This document shows positions 28,301 through 42,001 of a stretch of DNA of 64,000 nt, one piece after another. Where the stretch lies: assembly GCF_006345805.1 (NCBI RefSeq), contig NC_043006.1, forward strand, positions 92,504,001 to 92,568,000, read 5' to 3'. The position numbers and the translations under genes were made by a program. Position 1 is the stretch's first letter; each line of letters starts with the position of its first letter. The notes beneath the pieces are model-generated. The model saw only the letters and a program-made list of their open reading frames with translations, had not been told where the DNA came from and ran no database searches. The DNA is from Octopus sinensis. Its lineage: Eukaryota.

Positions 28301-29245
28301 CGATGCGATTCTGCTCACGTTGCTTCATTTGTTTCCGACAGGGGAGATACATGTAGCTTTCCTCTGCTCATTAGACACAGTTATCGAATCATTACTGCAC
28401 CGCCGCCCACAATCATTACTCTGACCGCCACTAGTGTTCTTTGTGGCATTACACATGAATGGGGAATTGTCCTTGATACGAAACAACTAAAATTCATAAC
28501 CAACGTTGTCAAGAAATATAAAATCATACTATTAAAATGTAATCAATTTTGATTTAGAACTAAAATTAATTTTCGAGGTATCGTACCCCGATGGTTTTAA
28601 GTACTCGAAGCGAAAACAATAATATTTCAGTTTAATGTTGCAGCACGTGCATTATACATAATTCCATGATAAGAATACAGACAGAAAGGCATCTGACTGT
28701 AATTTCAATTAAATATATTATGATCAACGATAGAATATTTATCTATGGGAGGAATCATGATAATGAATATTAAAACAAAATCAAACGAAAAGTAAACAAA
28801 AAATACGAACCAGCACCACTATGGATATTTGAATGAGGTGTTCGCTCCTGGTGCATAGAGTTCCGAGATCGAATCTGCATCACCGTACAGTGTGGCCAGT
28901 ACCATGTGAGTGCAACTGGATATACAAACATCATAAATATACACCAAACAGGTGACTTGCCACTGATTGTAGCGTCTCGCCAGAATGAGATTCAAGTAAC
29001 GTGACATTGATATTTCTCGAATATGATGGGTAAAGGACTTTCTCATAAATAATGTCAAATTAGTTGATGGAGCTCAATTTAATATCAGACACAAAGAAAA
29101 GTTCTCGGCAAACTTTACTTTCATTCCAAGTGTCGGTCTAAAACATACTTCTATGTAAACAGTTACATTGGTAATAAATCTTTCACACGGACTTACACAC
29201 ACAGCACACACACACAACACACACACATACACACACACATACACA

Positions 29246-29281
<36 letters not shown>

Positions 29282-29302
29282 ACACACATATATATATATA
29301 TA

Positions 29303-29613
29303 TAGTACTTATTCTATCGGGCTCTTTTACCGAACCGCTAAGTTACGGGGATGAAAGTGCACCACCATCGGTTTTCAAGCGATGTCGGGGAGACAAACAC
29401 AGACACACAAACAAATACACACATATACATATACATATATATTTATATACGACGGACGTTTTCCAGTTTCCGTCTACCAAAACCACTCACAAGTCTTTGG
29501 TCGGCCTGAGGTGACAGTATAAACGCTTGCCAAAGGTGCCACGCAGTGGGACTGAACCTGGAAACATGTGGCTGGTAAGCAAGCTATTTACCACACAACC
29601 ACTCCAGCATCTA
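29303..29613 (-). mobile_element. tRNA-derived SINE, family B (3'-truncated)
   Basis: Reverse complement of the 34955-35372 family (gtggttgtgtggtaa...ggttcagtcccactgcgtggcacc...tggtagacggaaactg). Confidence 0.88.
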
Positions 29614-29809
29614 TATGTGTGTGTGTATGAGTGTGCAATTTATAGGAAATATCCAGGTAAATAATTACTAGGTAGCTAAAATGTTGCTTAAGTTTTTTTT
29701 TACCAACGATGACACATGTGCATGGTTTGATTGCGTATTTAGGAGAATATAGGAAAACTTAAAGGAGATAAACATTCAGGATGTTATTAAAACATTTATA
29801 TCTTCGTAT

Positions 29810-29894
29810 CTTCTACATATGTTTCGATGGATGAATTCAAAATATGTCGGACAGGAAGAAGTATGGTCAGCTATGCATCAATCTCACCAGGAAA
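29810..29894 (-). ncRNA. Hammerhead-like motif (A6G-mutated core, 58-nt stem II) in a short non-coding repeat
   Basis: Minus strand: tttc CTGGTGA gattgatg...catccatc GAAA catatg TA gaag. Palindromic stem III. Confidence 0.6.
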
Positions 29895-30012
29895 GATATA
29901 GACAACAACACTCATAAAATTGACATTTTTACAGATAGAGGAAGCCATAGAAAATAGAACATATTCATGTGCATATGCACGCACACGTACACACACGCAT
30001 ATAAGTAACATG

Positions 30013-30066
<54 letters not shown>

Positions 30067-30404
30067 CATGTATACATACACACATGCATACATGTATATA
30101 TATATATATACATATATATACATATATATATACATATCTATCCATATTTATATTTAAACAACGTGAACATGAATGTATGCTAGCATATACACATTCACAC
30201 ATACATACATACACAGATAGACATTTACTTAAGCACATATAAACGTTTATATACAAACATAGCATACATATATAGAAGAGTCAAACCAGATATATGCACT
30301 TATACATATATAGAAGGCCAAGTATTGAGGTGACGCTAAAAATTAAAAAAATTCGTTAAAGAGATATACTTCTTTGGGTGAGAGAAGAAGAAAAGGTATA
30401 GAAA

Positions 30405-30439
<35 letters not shown>

Positions 30440-30489
30440 GTAGAGAGTAATGGGCAAATTATATAGATAAAGGTAGCAAGAGAGAAAGA

Positions 30490-31660
30490 AATTAAATATG
30501 GATTTGTAAGGATCGACTTGGTTGCTTCGATATCCCAATGGGAAGATCTGACTCCGCTCAAGTTTGGGATTTGTTCGGAATATATATTAACTTCCACGAT
30601 ATTACTCTAAACTTAAGTACGGCCTTCTGTTTCCCATACCATAAACCTTCTACTAACCTGAAATACATTGGTGTCTTTAGTAATCACCATAACATTATAA
30701 CAATAAACTTAGTTAAAAACATATCACACAGAATTACTAAAGTATCCACCAACGCAACCGTTTTCAATAGACTTTTATAACTCAGCTTTATATAAAGCAG
30801 AATATGAGGAACAGATTAAATATGATAACCACCTTGGACCCAATATACCAATAACAATAATAACAGTAAGTGACACAATAACAACAACAGTACTTATCTT
30901 GATCAATATTCCAAATAATACTCAAATTATATCTAAATAACCATTTGCTTTACCTTCATATTCCTAAAATAATTAGTCGAAGGGAAGTAATCATGCTTCC
31001 TCTTCCTTTTTAAGCTACAATAATAACACTAGGTTTTTAATAATAAATCTCGCAAAGGATTACACAATTCTAATAAAAAATATTTGGTTGATTATTCCAT
31101 ACGGTAAACAAGTAACAAGTATCCTTCCCCTATTATTTCGTTAAGCCTTAGAAAGAAACTTCCCGATTAATTCAAGAGACCACTCGATTTTCAACATATA
31201 CCATATTAGAGCAGGTTTCTCTAACTCATAAATTATATCTTCACAAATTGTATCTCAAATTATATCTTCACATAACAGCCGTATTCTAAGAGGTTAGCGT
31301 TTCTCTCCTAATAATTATAGTAATGTTATTAACACTAAGAATAATATTAAAGATAACCTCTCTTAAATGATAACATCAATGTAACCAGCATTTGCAATTG
31401 TAGCCCTAATGAAACCTGTGTCCTAAATGGAAACTGCCGCATCAAAAATGGTATATACCAATGCAAAATTACATCTGGTAACAAGGAATTATTTTTAATA
31501 TAGGCCTTTCTTCCACATTTTTTAAATCCATACTGGCTAAACGTTTCTCTACCTTCAAATACAATCGAAAGCGTAACTCCACAGGATTTAGTACACTAAT
31601 CTGAAACATTAAGGACTCTAACAACTTTTTTCTTTAGAATGGAAAATTTTATCTAGATCT
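30490..31660 (+). mobile_element. Penelope-like element relic of a different lineage (Nematis-like), internally deleted
   Basis: FDIPMGRSDSAQVWDLFGIYI, NFHDITLNLST..PYHKP..LKYI...SNH, IWLIIPYGKQV, CNC...CVLNGNCRIKNGIYQCKI (GIY-YIG region). Confidence 0.8.
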
Positions 31661-31666
31661 TTTCCC

Positions 31667-31702
<36 letters not shown>

Positions 31703-31710
31703 ATATATAT

Positions 31711-32345
31711 AACAAACTGGAGCTGCAAGGTACGGCATGAGTGGAATTATATATGAAAGAAGGTTTGAAAATGCAATTTTAAAAGATGTTTATTTACTTT
31801 ACCGGTTTCACTTTTTTAGAAAAATATTGTCAAAAGTAACATGTAAAAGCTTGGTTGTCTTAGTTACTGGTTGTCACAAAATACTACAATATATATATAC
31901 ATTCTTTGATAACAAGAACATGTTAAGAACAGTTTACAAGGGAAAATTTTGGGAAAATATTAAAAAGTTTAAGAAGTTCATTAAAATATTGGGCACAAAA
32001 GATTACATGTATATATATTCTCAAGAAAATGTTAAATATAGTTTCCAGAGAGATTTATTAAAAAGTTCATTGGAATATTGGTATTGTATCTGTATATATA
32101 CACAAACACAGAATATTATAAGTTCAAAAAAGTTTACATTTTAGTAGAGGTAGCTTAAACTGACCTGGTTCACCATGTTATCGTAAAAGACTATTTTTTA
32201 TTTCAAGCGACAGTGTAGGTGTGTTTCGGTGGGGGAAAAGAAGAGTAATGTGGAACTGAAAAGAACTTTTTTGTCTCTCCTTCAAGCAACAATGATTCGG
32301 GGGATAGGTCTTTAGAGGTCCGAATGGTGCGAGTGTGTGTGTCTT
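31711..32345 (-). mobile_element. Solo diverged pLTR related to 14356-14900, with a U3:A8 hammerhead-like motif at 31794-31839
   Basis: Colinear similarity to 14356-14880 (gagtggaattatata...aaagaaggtttgaaaatgc...accggtttcac...ttcaagcaacaatgatt). Abuts (TA)n. Confidence 0.85.
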
Positions 32346-32857
32346 TCAAATCTATAGCGAGATATAGTTTATTGAATGCTAAATTTTATGGCGGAACACA
32401 ACGATTGCACAAAATTATATTTTACACAAGAAAAACCGATAGGATTTCGGCCAGTAACTGAATACCGGAAACAATTTCAATCATGGCTGCATTGTGAAGC
32501 CAGAAAAACAATTTCCTAAATTATCAATTATAAATTGGTGAGCTAAATGTTTCGTCAATTGTGTGAATACTTCGCACTCTGTTCCATCTAAATCTAGATG
32601 CTGAACGTATTTCATTCATTAGCAACTGCATAGAAATAAAAGAGCAATCAAGTATATTGTCAGCTGCGCACTACATAAACATTAGCGCGAACACATTTCC
32701 TAAAGGACTCCTCTTAAGTTGCACATTAATACAAATTAATGAATCTGGTGTTCCTCGCGAAAAAGCATTCACTCGATTAACATCATGAATCGAAGTTTGA
32801 GGAGATTCTTCACAGTTCCAGGTTTTCTTTTATACTTTAATTCTAGAGATTATCTTC

Positions 32858-33270
32858 TTTATTTTACTTGTTTCAGTCAGTTGACAGAGGCCACGCTGGG
32901 GCACTGCCTTGAAGATTTTTTAGTGAAATGAATCCACCTCATTAGTATTTTAAAGTCTGGTATACGTACACTATCGTTTTATTTTGCCGAACTGCTATGT
33001 TGCAGGGATATAAACACACCAAAGGTGGTTGTCAACCCGTGATGCAGGATAAACAAAGAAAAAAAACACGCATACTCACACACACATATATATATAGATG
33101 TATAGATATATTGACATATATATCCGACGGGCGTCTTTCAGTTTCCATCCACCAAATCCGCTCGCAAGGCTTTATTCGGCACTTGCCCAACGTGCCACGC
33201 TGTGGGACTGAATACGGAACTATGTAGTTGAGAGTCAAGTTTGTCACTAGAGATCCACGCTTGCGCCTAT
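32858..33270 (-). mobile_element. tRNA-derived SINE, family B (diverged full copy)
   Basis: Reverse complement matches the head, core and gactgaaacaagtaaaa tail of 34955-35372. Confidence 0.85.
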
Positions 33271-33319
33271 AATTAGTAACTTCCTTTATGTTAATTCCTA
33301 ATATAGGCTCAAAGTTTGA

Positions 33320-33730
33320 TATAATTCTTTGTTCTGTTAACCTTTCTCATAGGTAGCGTAGTCCCTTTGACACCAGGTCTATACTAAGATGCTAACCATA
33401 CAAATGACGCATCACATGAAAGATGTCGACTTGCTGGATCTACCTAGAGCTTGTAGAGGCCAAGGCCTGATTCAACTCGATATGACCTCCAGAACAGCCA
33501 CCTTTAGGATGGACGTATATGTAACAGAAACACACAAAAAAAATTCATACAGAAAATAGAACAAATGTTGTACACCATTAAAATGCATCGCCAGTTTATG
33601 AAGCGTTTGATATATCAGAAATGACACTAACATAAAAGCTGACCATTTTTTTGATGCATGAAAAAGAAAAGAGAATCCCGAAACCAGCAACATCTGCAGA
33701 AAATCTGGAAAACCAAACAAAATGTGTTGC
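33320..33730 (+). mobile_element. Old R4/Dong-like LINE fragment
   Basis: TKMLTIQMTHHMKDVDLLDLPRACRGQGLIQLDMTSRTATFRMDVY aligns with RKLLTMHRMHHPKADTERLYLPRKEGGRGLLQL of the 4300-6322 element. Confidence 0.7.
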
Positions 33731-34077
33731 GATTCTGTCTATCACCCACCAATATTGAAACACATTACTACCCCCATCAGGCATGCACTGATGTATATAC
33801 TTTCAGTATATTAACATCCAACTATAGATTTGAAGGCGTATTAAAATTCCTACATATCTTATTCTCCGACAATATTTTATGGCGATGTGAACTGCAGTAT
33901 CAACACTGTGATCTAAATACTATACAAAGGAGATGATTGTAATTAATTCATAATTATTTTCAAATTTTAACTGCAGCATACTGGTGTCTATTGTGCACAA
34001 ATCTGGAGCACAACGAAAAATAAATGAAAAATAAATACATACATACATGCATGCATACATACATACATGGTGGTGGT

Positions 34078-34620
34078 GGTTGCCCCCTCGTTATCGAGTA
34101 TGGCCATTGCACGAAGCTTAATCAATGTTGTTATCGTGTAATGCCTGTGCAAGAAGATTTTTTTAAAGTGAGGAAAGGCTGTGCACTGAGTCAATCCCAC
34201 TCACTAAGCAACAGCAGCCATAATCCGAAAAGAAGAACAAGTCAACATCATCGGTAACCACTGAACCGCAGGTTTTATGTCGGAGTTATCCCAGTTACCT
34301 GAGTTACCTTCTCCTAGAAGGATGCCCTAACAAAGGCTGGGAGTCCTTCACTCCCAATGGTTTAACCGCGCGATCGGGTATTCAATCCGATTATCTCTAT
34401 GTTCCCGCACATGATACATCCTTAAGACGTTTATTGGATGGCTGTTGACTCTGAAGAGTTCCTCCGCCCTTTGACGGGTTTTGTTTTTCATCCCGCAGGG
34501 TGTCCAATAGACACCCTCCTCACCAAGCAAGCTTGGTGGGTTTGCCGATTTAGTCACCGACGACCCGACCATACAACAGGTTGTACTGGATTACATGTAG
34601 CACTCGAATGTGACCTGACA
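34078..34620 (-). mobile_element. Non-autonomous RTE-type element (~540 bp), apparently complete
   Basis: Second copy at 18248-18752. RTE-like 5'UTR motif, short (CCA)n tail, no ORF, flanked by (CATA)n. Confidence 0.75.
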
Positions 34621-34838
34621 TGCATACATACATTCATGCATGCATGCATACATACATACATACATGCATGCATACATATATACATACACACATACATACA
34701 TACATACATACATACATACATACATACATACATACATACATACATACATACATACATACATACATACGTACATACATACATACATACATATGGGAAAAAT
34801 TCAAGTTAGAAAATACTAAAATAATTTTATAAAAAACA

Positions 34839-34880
34839 TTTCAGTACCGGTTTCGGGCACTGAGTCTTTTTCAACTGAAA
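34839..34880 (-). ncRNA. Minimal hammerhead-like motif with U3:A8 core
   Basis: Minus strand: tttcag TTGAAAA agactcagtgccc GAAA ccgg TA ctgaaa. 6-bp stem I, weak stem II. Confidence 0.6.
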
Positions 34881-34954
34881 GTATAGAAATGAATTAAATT
34901 TTGGAAAAATTAAATGGAAAGATTTTTAAAAGAATATTTGCTTAGAATATTTGC

Positions 34955-35372
34955 AGACGCAGGAGTGGCTGTGTGGTAAGTAACTTGTTTACCAACCACA
35001 TGGTTCCGGGTTCAGTCCCACTGCGTGACACCTTGGGCAAGTGTCTTCTACTATAGCCTCGGGCCGACCAAAGCCTTGTGATTGGATTTGGTAGACAGAA
35101 ACACAAAGAAGCCTGTCGTATATATGTATATATATATATATATATGCGTGTGTGTGTTTGTGTGTCTGTGTTTGTCCCCCTAGCATTTCTTGACAACCGA
35201 TGCTGGTGTGTTTATGTCCCCGTTACTTAGCGGTTCGGCAAAAGAGACCGATAGAATAAGTACTGGGCTTACAAAAGAATAAGTCCCGGGGTCGAGTTGC
35301 TTGATTAAAGGCGGTGCTCCAGCATGGCCGCAGTCAAGTTAAAGACTGAAACAAGTAAAAGAGTAAAAGAGA
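34955..35372 (+). mobile_element. tRNA-derived CORE-like SINE, family B (full length)
   Basis: A-box tggctgtgtgg, B-box ggttcagtccc, CORE-like acaccttgggcaagtgtctt, internal TA/TG tract, tail gactgaaacaagtaaaagagtaaaagag. Confidence 0.92.
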
Positions 35373-35537
35373 GTGTATTCAAATACGAGGGACATTTTCC
35401 TTCTTTCTGCCTGTCTCTGCCTCTCTTGTTTGTTTTTGTGGGTTCGAGGTCGTTGTGAATTCTTGGCGGAGAATACATACATACATACATACATACATAC
35501 ATACATACATACATACACATATATATATATATATATA

Positions 35538-35917
35538 TCTCTATATAAACGGCAGTTTGTCTGTGCGTGTTTCTGTGTGTCTGTTTGCTTGTACCCTCAC
35601 CCTGACCACGGCTTTCAACCGATTCTGATGAAACTTGACACACACATAGCCCAATGTCATAATTCAAAACTAACGCAGCGAAAATTTTCAAAAGTTCCCC
35701 CAGTTCTGAAAAAATCGATAAATTCGACATGGGGTCGAGAATCAGAAACACGAACCACAAACTGTCTAGGGGACGCAACTCCACCTTTTTTAAATCTCAA
35801 AAAAAAATTTACCATAATTTTTTTCCATTTTTTTGCTATTTTTTGGCTATCACTCTCTAAAAATGCTTTATAGTTATTTCCCTTACAAACCTGAGCAACG
35901 CCGGGCGATACTGCTAG
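35538..35917 (+). mobile_element. Non-autonomous Helitron (~380 bp)
   Basis: Starts with TC after an A and ends CTAG before a T. Subterminal hairpin cctgagcaacgccggg lies ~12 nt from the end. No TSD. Confidence 0.85.
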
Positions 35918-35969
35918 TATATATATATATGCGCCTTCGTCTTTTGTTTTTTTGCGAATTCTCCTCTCT

Positions 35970-36022
<53 letters not shown>

Positions 36023-36432
36023 ATATATATACAGACATAATATTAATTTTAGGGAGTATATCCAACTTACAGAGAAAAATTAGATTTAGGATTAAATCAA
36101 ATTTCACCGTATAAATATAAATTAAATTAGAGATAAAACCACTATTAGGCAACTCAAACAGTGATACACATAAACCAAAACATAAAAAAACAAAAAAATA
36201 AATAAATATAATTATTATAATATACAATATATATATATATATAAAATATAAAATTTAAAATTTAAATTATTAAAATTTGAAATTTTTAACATTATATTTA
36301 TAATTTTTTATATTTTTAAATAATTTTTTTATTTTTTTATTTTTAAATTTTAATTTTTTAAATTTTTAAACTTAATTTTGTTTTAACTAACCAAAAGTAT
36401 AATAAGGTTAAATATAATATAATAAGTAAAAA

Positions 36433-36529
36433 CACTACGCACGTTTCATGTCTATAACTCAATTCGAATTATAATTAAGTTTAAATTCAATTAAAACTTC
36501 GAATTAAAATTATAGTCAATTTTCAGGTT
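36433..36529 (-). ncRNA. Decayed hammerhead-like motif with a 72-nt hairpin stem II
   Basis: Minus strand: aac CTGAAAA ttgactataattttaattcgaa...ttcgaattgagttatagacat GAAA cgtgcg TA gtg. C3/A8 is mismatched and stem I is weak. Confidence 0.5.
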
Positions 36530-36588
36530 AACGATAATAGTTACATAAATAAGCAGAGATAAACAATTTTTTAAAAGAAATAAATAAA

Positions 36589-37608
<1,020 letters not shown>

Positions 37609-38579
37609 CATGAAATCTAACCACTTTAAACGGATAATGAAATACGTTCATAAGTGTGTTTCTGTGGAAATTGTTTGAGATGGTTTGGGCATTTCAGATG
37701 AGAATATTTGAATGAATTGCGTGAGCGTGTACCAAGACAAGTTTCATGTTATCGTTTGGACATAAGAAATACTACACATGTAATCAACGATGAAGTTAAC
37801 ATTTATGGACTGACGTTTCATATTTTAATATTAAAGTAGAATATCAGGATTTCAATTCAGTGTGAAATGTAAGAGTTATTGGAAAATGGAAATATGTTGT
37901 AGATTCGATTGGATGCTGCATGTACCAAAGAGCAAAAGGGTATATGAGGCTGGTGTAGTGTTTCAATTTAGATTTAGTGAAATTTCAATCTTCTTAAGTT
38001 ACTTTTTCGAATCCTGAGAATGATAACATCGGTACGAACATTCTCAATTCCTCTTGGTGTACAGTATTTGAAATTTGATTTGCAAAACCATTATTTTGGT
38101 ATGAAAATTCAAGATTTGTAACAAATTCGCTTTTCACTCGAGACATCAGCGCAGTATAGTCATTCCAATCATTTTGTGTTAACGCTAGTTAATCTGCATC
38201 ATTTTACTGCAAAAATACGTTCTGCGTTATCAAGCCTTTGGGTGCAACAAAATATAAAATGTCAAATATATAATTCTCTAAATGCAGTTAAAAATATACA
38301 TTGGTTCAAATTTCATCCTCCTCAGAAAAATGATAAGTAAATTTTCAGCATTTGGACTCAGAATGTAAAGGTATTTGGTAAGTTGTCAATATTACTTGTC
38401 CACGTCCATTTGAAACATAAGAAATTGGTAAAGTATGTCGTTGGTTAAATAATAATGAAATCCAAAATGCTTTTGCACATTCAAATGTGTCGACGATAAT
38501 TTTCAGAAAATATGACCTAAAGTTGGATTCACTAAGAAGCATAGACATGGTGAATTCTAACATGATTCTTTCTAATTTT

Positions 38580-38765
38580 AGCACAGGATCAACAATTCTA
38601 AGGGAAGCGGTATGTGGATTACATCGACCGCGGTGCTCAACTGGCATTCATTTTATTGATCCTGAAAGGCAAAGCCATCCTCGACTGCTTTTGAACTCAG
38701 AAGAGTTCAAAAGAGCTGAAATAAATGTTTCTAAACAATTTTCCGATGCGATAACAATTGTACAA
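38580..38765 (-). mobile_element. SINE family A, decayed
   Basis: gattacatcgacc...ctgg...ttttattgatcctgaaaggcaaag...tttgaactcagaa is the reverse complement of the family A core. Confidence 0.7.
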
Positions 38766-38830
38766 TTATAAGAAGCATGAAAACGGAGACTAAGAAGCTT
38801 ACACGAAGAACAACAATATTAATGAGAAAT

Positions 38831-39030
38831 AGGGCGGCGGAAATCTAGTAGAACGGTGGCGGCATCTTGTTCGACTTTGTATTCTGAGACCAAATGCTGC
38901 CAGGGTCGACTTTGCTCTTCATTCTTTGGGAGTCGATAAAATTATTACCAGTTACGCACTGGGGTCGATGTAATCAACTTACTCTAACCTTAAAATTGCT
39001 GACCTTGTGCCGAAATTAGAAACGTCTATT
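38831..39030 (+). mobile_element. SINE family A, decayed, alternative tail
   Basis: gccagggtcgactttgctcttcattctttgggagtcgataaa...cactggggtcgatgtaatc, then tail aaaattgctgaccttgtgcc. Confidence 0.8.
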
Positions 39031-40323
39031 AATGATAGTCATAAATATGCAGTCCTATATAAATCATCGGGGATCAGGGAAGGAAGAAATTCTTTCGCAA
39101 TTACCAATACTCTACACTGGCAAGTGGAATAAAGTGTTATGTCAATTTATGATATAGTAGCAGTTTAGAGGAGGAAGCCAACACACCGTGTAGGACATGT
39201 AGGAAAAGAAACAGAGAAATATGATTAAAAATAAATGAAACTGAATCTTCATTTATGAATACGTGTTGCTCTTTTTTAAAATCTTTATCGAACTTCTAGA
39301 TTACATGTAATACCTATCTCTTCTAACTTTAATTCGAGTACTGTTCAGTGTTTTCCCCAACATATGAACACATACAAACAAGTGCTGCAAACCGAAATTT
39401 ATATGAAAAAAAGTTAAAAAATTGATTGGAACGCAGGTATAACGAGACAAGCGGTTAAAATGCCCTCCATATATATATATACATACATACATACATGTGT
39501 GTGTGTGTGCGTTGATGGTAAAGCATTTTTAGTTTAACATATCGTGGAAATATATGCCAATCAGCTGGCTATACGATGGACATTCTCTTGTAAGAATAAT
39601 ACATAAGAATTTTCGAGTTCAAGTCTGTTATGTCTTTATAGAGGTGTTCACTTCATGGTTATTTTGTGACTGGAGGTTTATTGTGAATTTCAAATTTGAT
39701 AAATAATAAAGATTTTGAGAGATAGAATATGGCTATGTTTGAAAGCGATGCTATTCAAAGTATGCACGTAATGCACAGCTGAAATTTTCGAATTTGAAGT
39801 AGATTTGAGACGTTACTCCGAACGAAACCACTGTAAAAATATATTTTACTCTGATGTTTACGAACAAAGCAAATGTTTCAATAGTGATCTGTCGAGAAAT
39901 GTACTAACGCTGTTCCAGATAATTTATGCCATAAGCAGAAATGGAATTCTGATTTCATCTTGACGTGATATCAAACCGGTATATTTTAGAAAAGATGATT
40001 TCTATCACATGACATTTAAGCTTTTCTTTAGAGTATTATTGATGTAATGAAGTTAACATTCTTTCATTGGAAATCGGATCAAGTTTTCGGGACGAAGGAC
40101 TTACGATTTACCGTCCTCGTTTTCTATAAATAAACCAAATATTGATGTATGAGAGACATTATATATATTTTGTGTCTTTCTGTATATCTGTGTGTGTGAA
40201 TAGCTTCCCAAATGAAGGGATACAGAGTGTTGTACGGAAGTAGAATAATGCAAAACCACAGAGTATGGTTTTGTGGTGAATAGAAATGTTTTGTTGATCT
40301 ATAGCATGATTTTGTAATGTATA

Positions 40324-40402
40324 GCCCACGGGCAAATAGCGTATTGGTTAAGAGAACGGACTACTAACCCCAAGATTCCGAGTTCGATTCCAAGCAGTGA
40401 CT

Positions 40403-40454
<52 letters not shown>

Positions 40455-40627
40455 CAACAACAACAACATGGAAAAATACATTAGGAATGAGAATCCAGGT
40501 TCGAAATTTCACCAAGACATCTGATGAAGGATGGAGGGTATATCAGCCGAAACCTTGTGTCAAAAACAAACCAAATGTAAGTAATGTAAATAATGTACAT
40601 AATTCCTCATCTCTTAAATATAGAACT
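40324..40627 (+). mobile_element. tRNA-headed SINE-like element, family C, carrying a hammerhead-like motif
   Basis: A-box tagcgtattgg (40337-40347), B-box gttcgattcc (40382-40391), internal (AAT)n(AAC)n, HHR-like motif at 40516-40561. Related pieces at 60499-60605. Confidence 0.85.
40516..40561 (+). ncRNA. Minimal hammerhead-like motif in SINE family C
   Basis: gacat CTGATGA a ggatg...cagcc GAAA cctt gtgtc. Intact core and 5-bp stem I. One mismatch each in stems II and III in this copy. Confidence 0.7.
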
Positions 40628-41329
40628 CTAGAAACGTTGTCGTTTACGAATTCAGCGTTGGTAAACACACATGTCTGCAAACACTGGCACACACATGTGT
40701 GTGTATGTGTTAGTGTGCTTGTGTATGTTTGTTTTTATACATTCATAAATGTATGTTTAGGAAAAAGGATTTTACTTCAGCTAAGTTGCATTGAATACTT
40801 GACAGTGCATTATATTAACAGTTATTTTTAGCAATTTCCAAGTTTTATAATTACAAACGGTTTTATATGTTTAGAAGGTTCTGTGATTTCAATGCCTGAA
40901 GTGTTTTGTTAAAATGTCAATGTTCGTGATTTTGTTATATTTCATCAGTGCTAATTTATCTTCGTCGTGAAGTATTTACTATTCAGATTAACGATATTTT
41001 GATCTGTCCACCTGCTCTCTAGTCTGTATTCACGTGAGAATTATAATATATTTTATGTGGAGGTGTGTATGTTTTTCATAGGTGTGATATCTGATATATC
41101 TGTAAAAGACATTGTTGTTTGTATTCTAATGTTTTATCTTTCAGATGTGTGTTTTAGAATAACCGATTTATGCTCTGAATCTTTCTGTCTAATGCTTGGA
41201 TGATTGAATAATTTTTGTACAATTTCCTCTGTTTCTTGCAGAGAAATGCTTTTAAACACACTCTCTACGTCGAAGATATGTTTCTTATTTATTTGGTGTT
41301 TTGTAAAACCTCAAGACGTTTTTGCGATG

Positions 41330-41530
41330 ACCAATACGTCGGGCGATATTATATTATATTGCAAGTGGCGGAATCGCTTTCAGTTCTTTCGTATGTTTAC
41401 GTTCAGATTTGTCTACTTTGCCTTTCATCATTTTGGTAAGGATAAGTACCAGTTCAATACTGAAGTTGAATTAATCGACTACAACCTCACCAAATGTAAG
41501 GCCTTTTACCCAAAGCAGAAGTTTCCTCAC
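41330..41530 (+). mobile_element. SINE family A, strongly decayed
   Basis: gtctactttgcctttcatcattttggtaaggataagtaccagtt...taatcgact matches the family A core. Confidence 0.65.
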
Positions 41531-41920
41531 CCTTTCACGCACAAAGTATGCTCAATGTCGTTATTTTTAGATCACGAGAAATTTCATTTATGCTTCTCTA
41601 TTAGGTTTATATTTGTTTTACATTCATTTAGGAAGAAAACCTGAATTCAATGACCTCTTTATAAATTCCAGAGATTTTAATGTAGACTTTGTCCCCCCTT
41701 TCATCTGTTTCAGTATACATTGGTTTCAGTTCACGTTGTGACCTAGGTGAAGCACTACTTTACTATTGGCAGAATCCTTGCAGAGAGAGGTAGAGGAATT
41801 ATTTCCTTTTGTTGTTCCCAATTTCTCCGCAAAGTGTTGCTTGAATATTTCCAGTAGAACAATATATGTTTAATAAGTGGCGCTTAAAATTAAACTGTCT
41901 GTCTATTTATCTCTCTCTCC

Positions 41921-42001
<81 letters not shown>

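Noticed and set aside
34490-34620. HDV-like or twister ribozyme at the 5' end of the RTE-type element
   Set aside because: A possible P1 (ggtcac/gtgact) exists, but there is no HDV L3/P1.1 pattern and no twister core. Kept only as an unassigned structure.
35625-35634. ctgatgaaac inside the Helitron
   Set aside because: CTGATGA overlaps GAAA with no room for stem II, so it is not a hammerhead.
40324-40400. Possible tRNA gene (also the heads at 16007, 34955 and 60552)
   Set aside because: A/B boxes are present, but there is no complete cloverleaf, and each continues into repeat body sequence. These are SINE heads.
41204-41644. 146-aa ORF
   Set aside because: It overlaps a decayed family A SINE and has no protein-like motifs.
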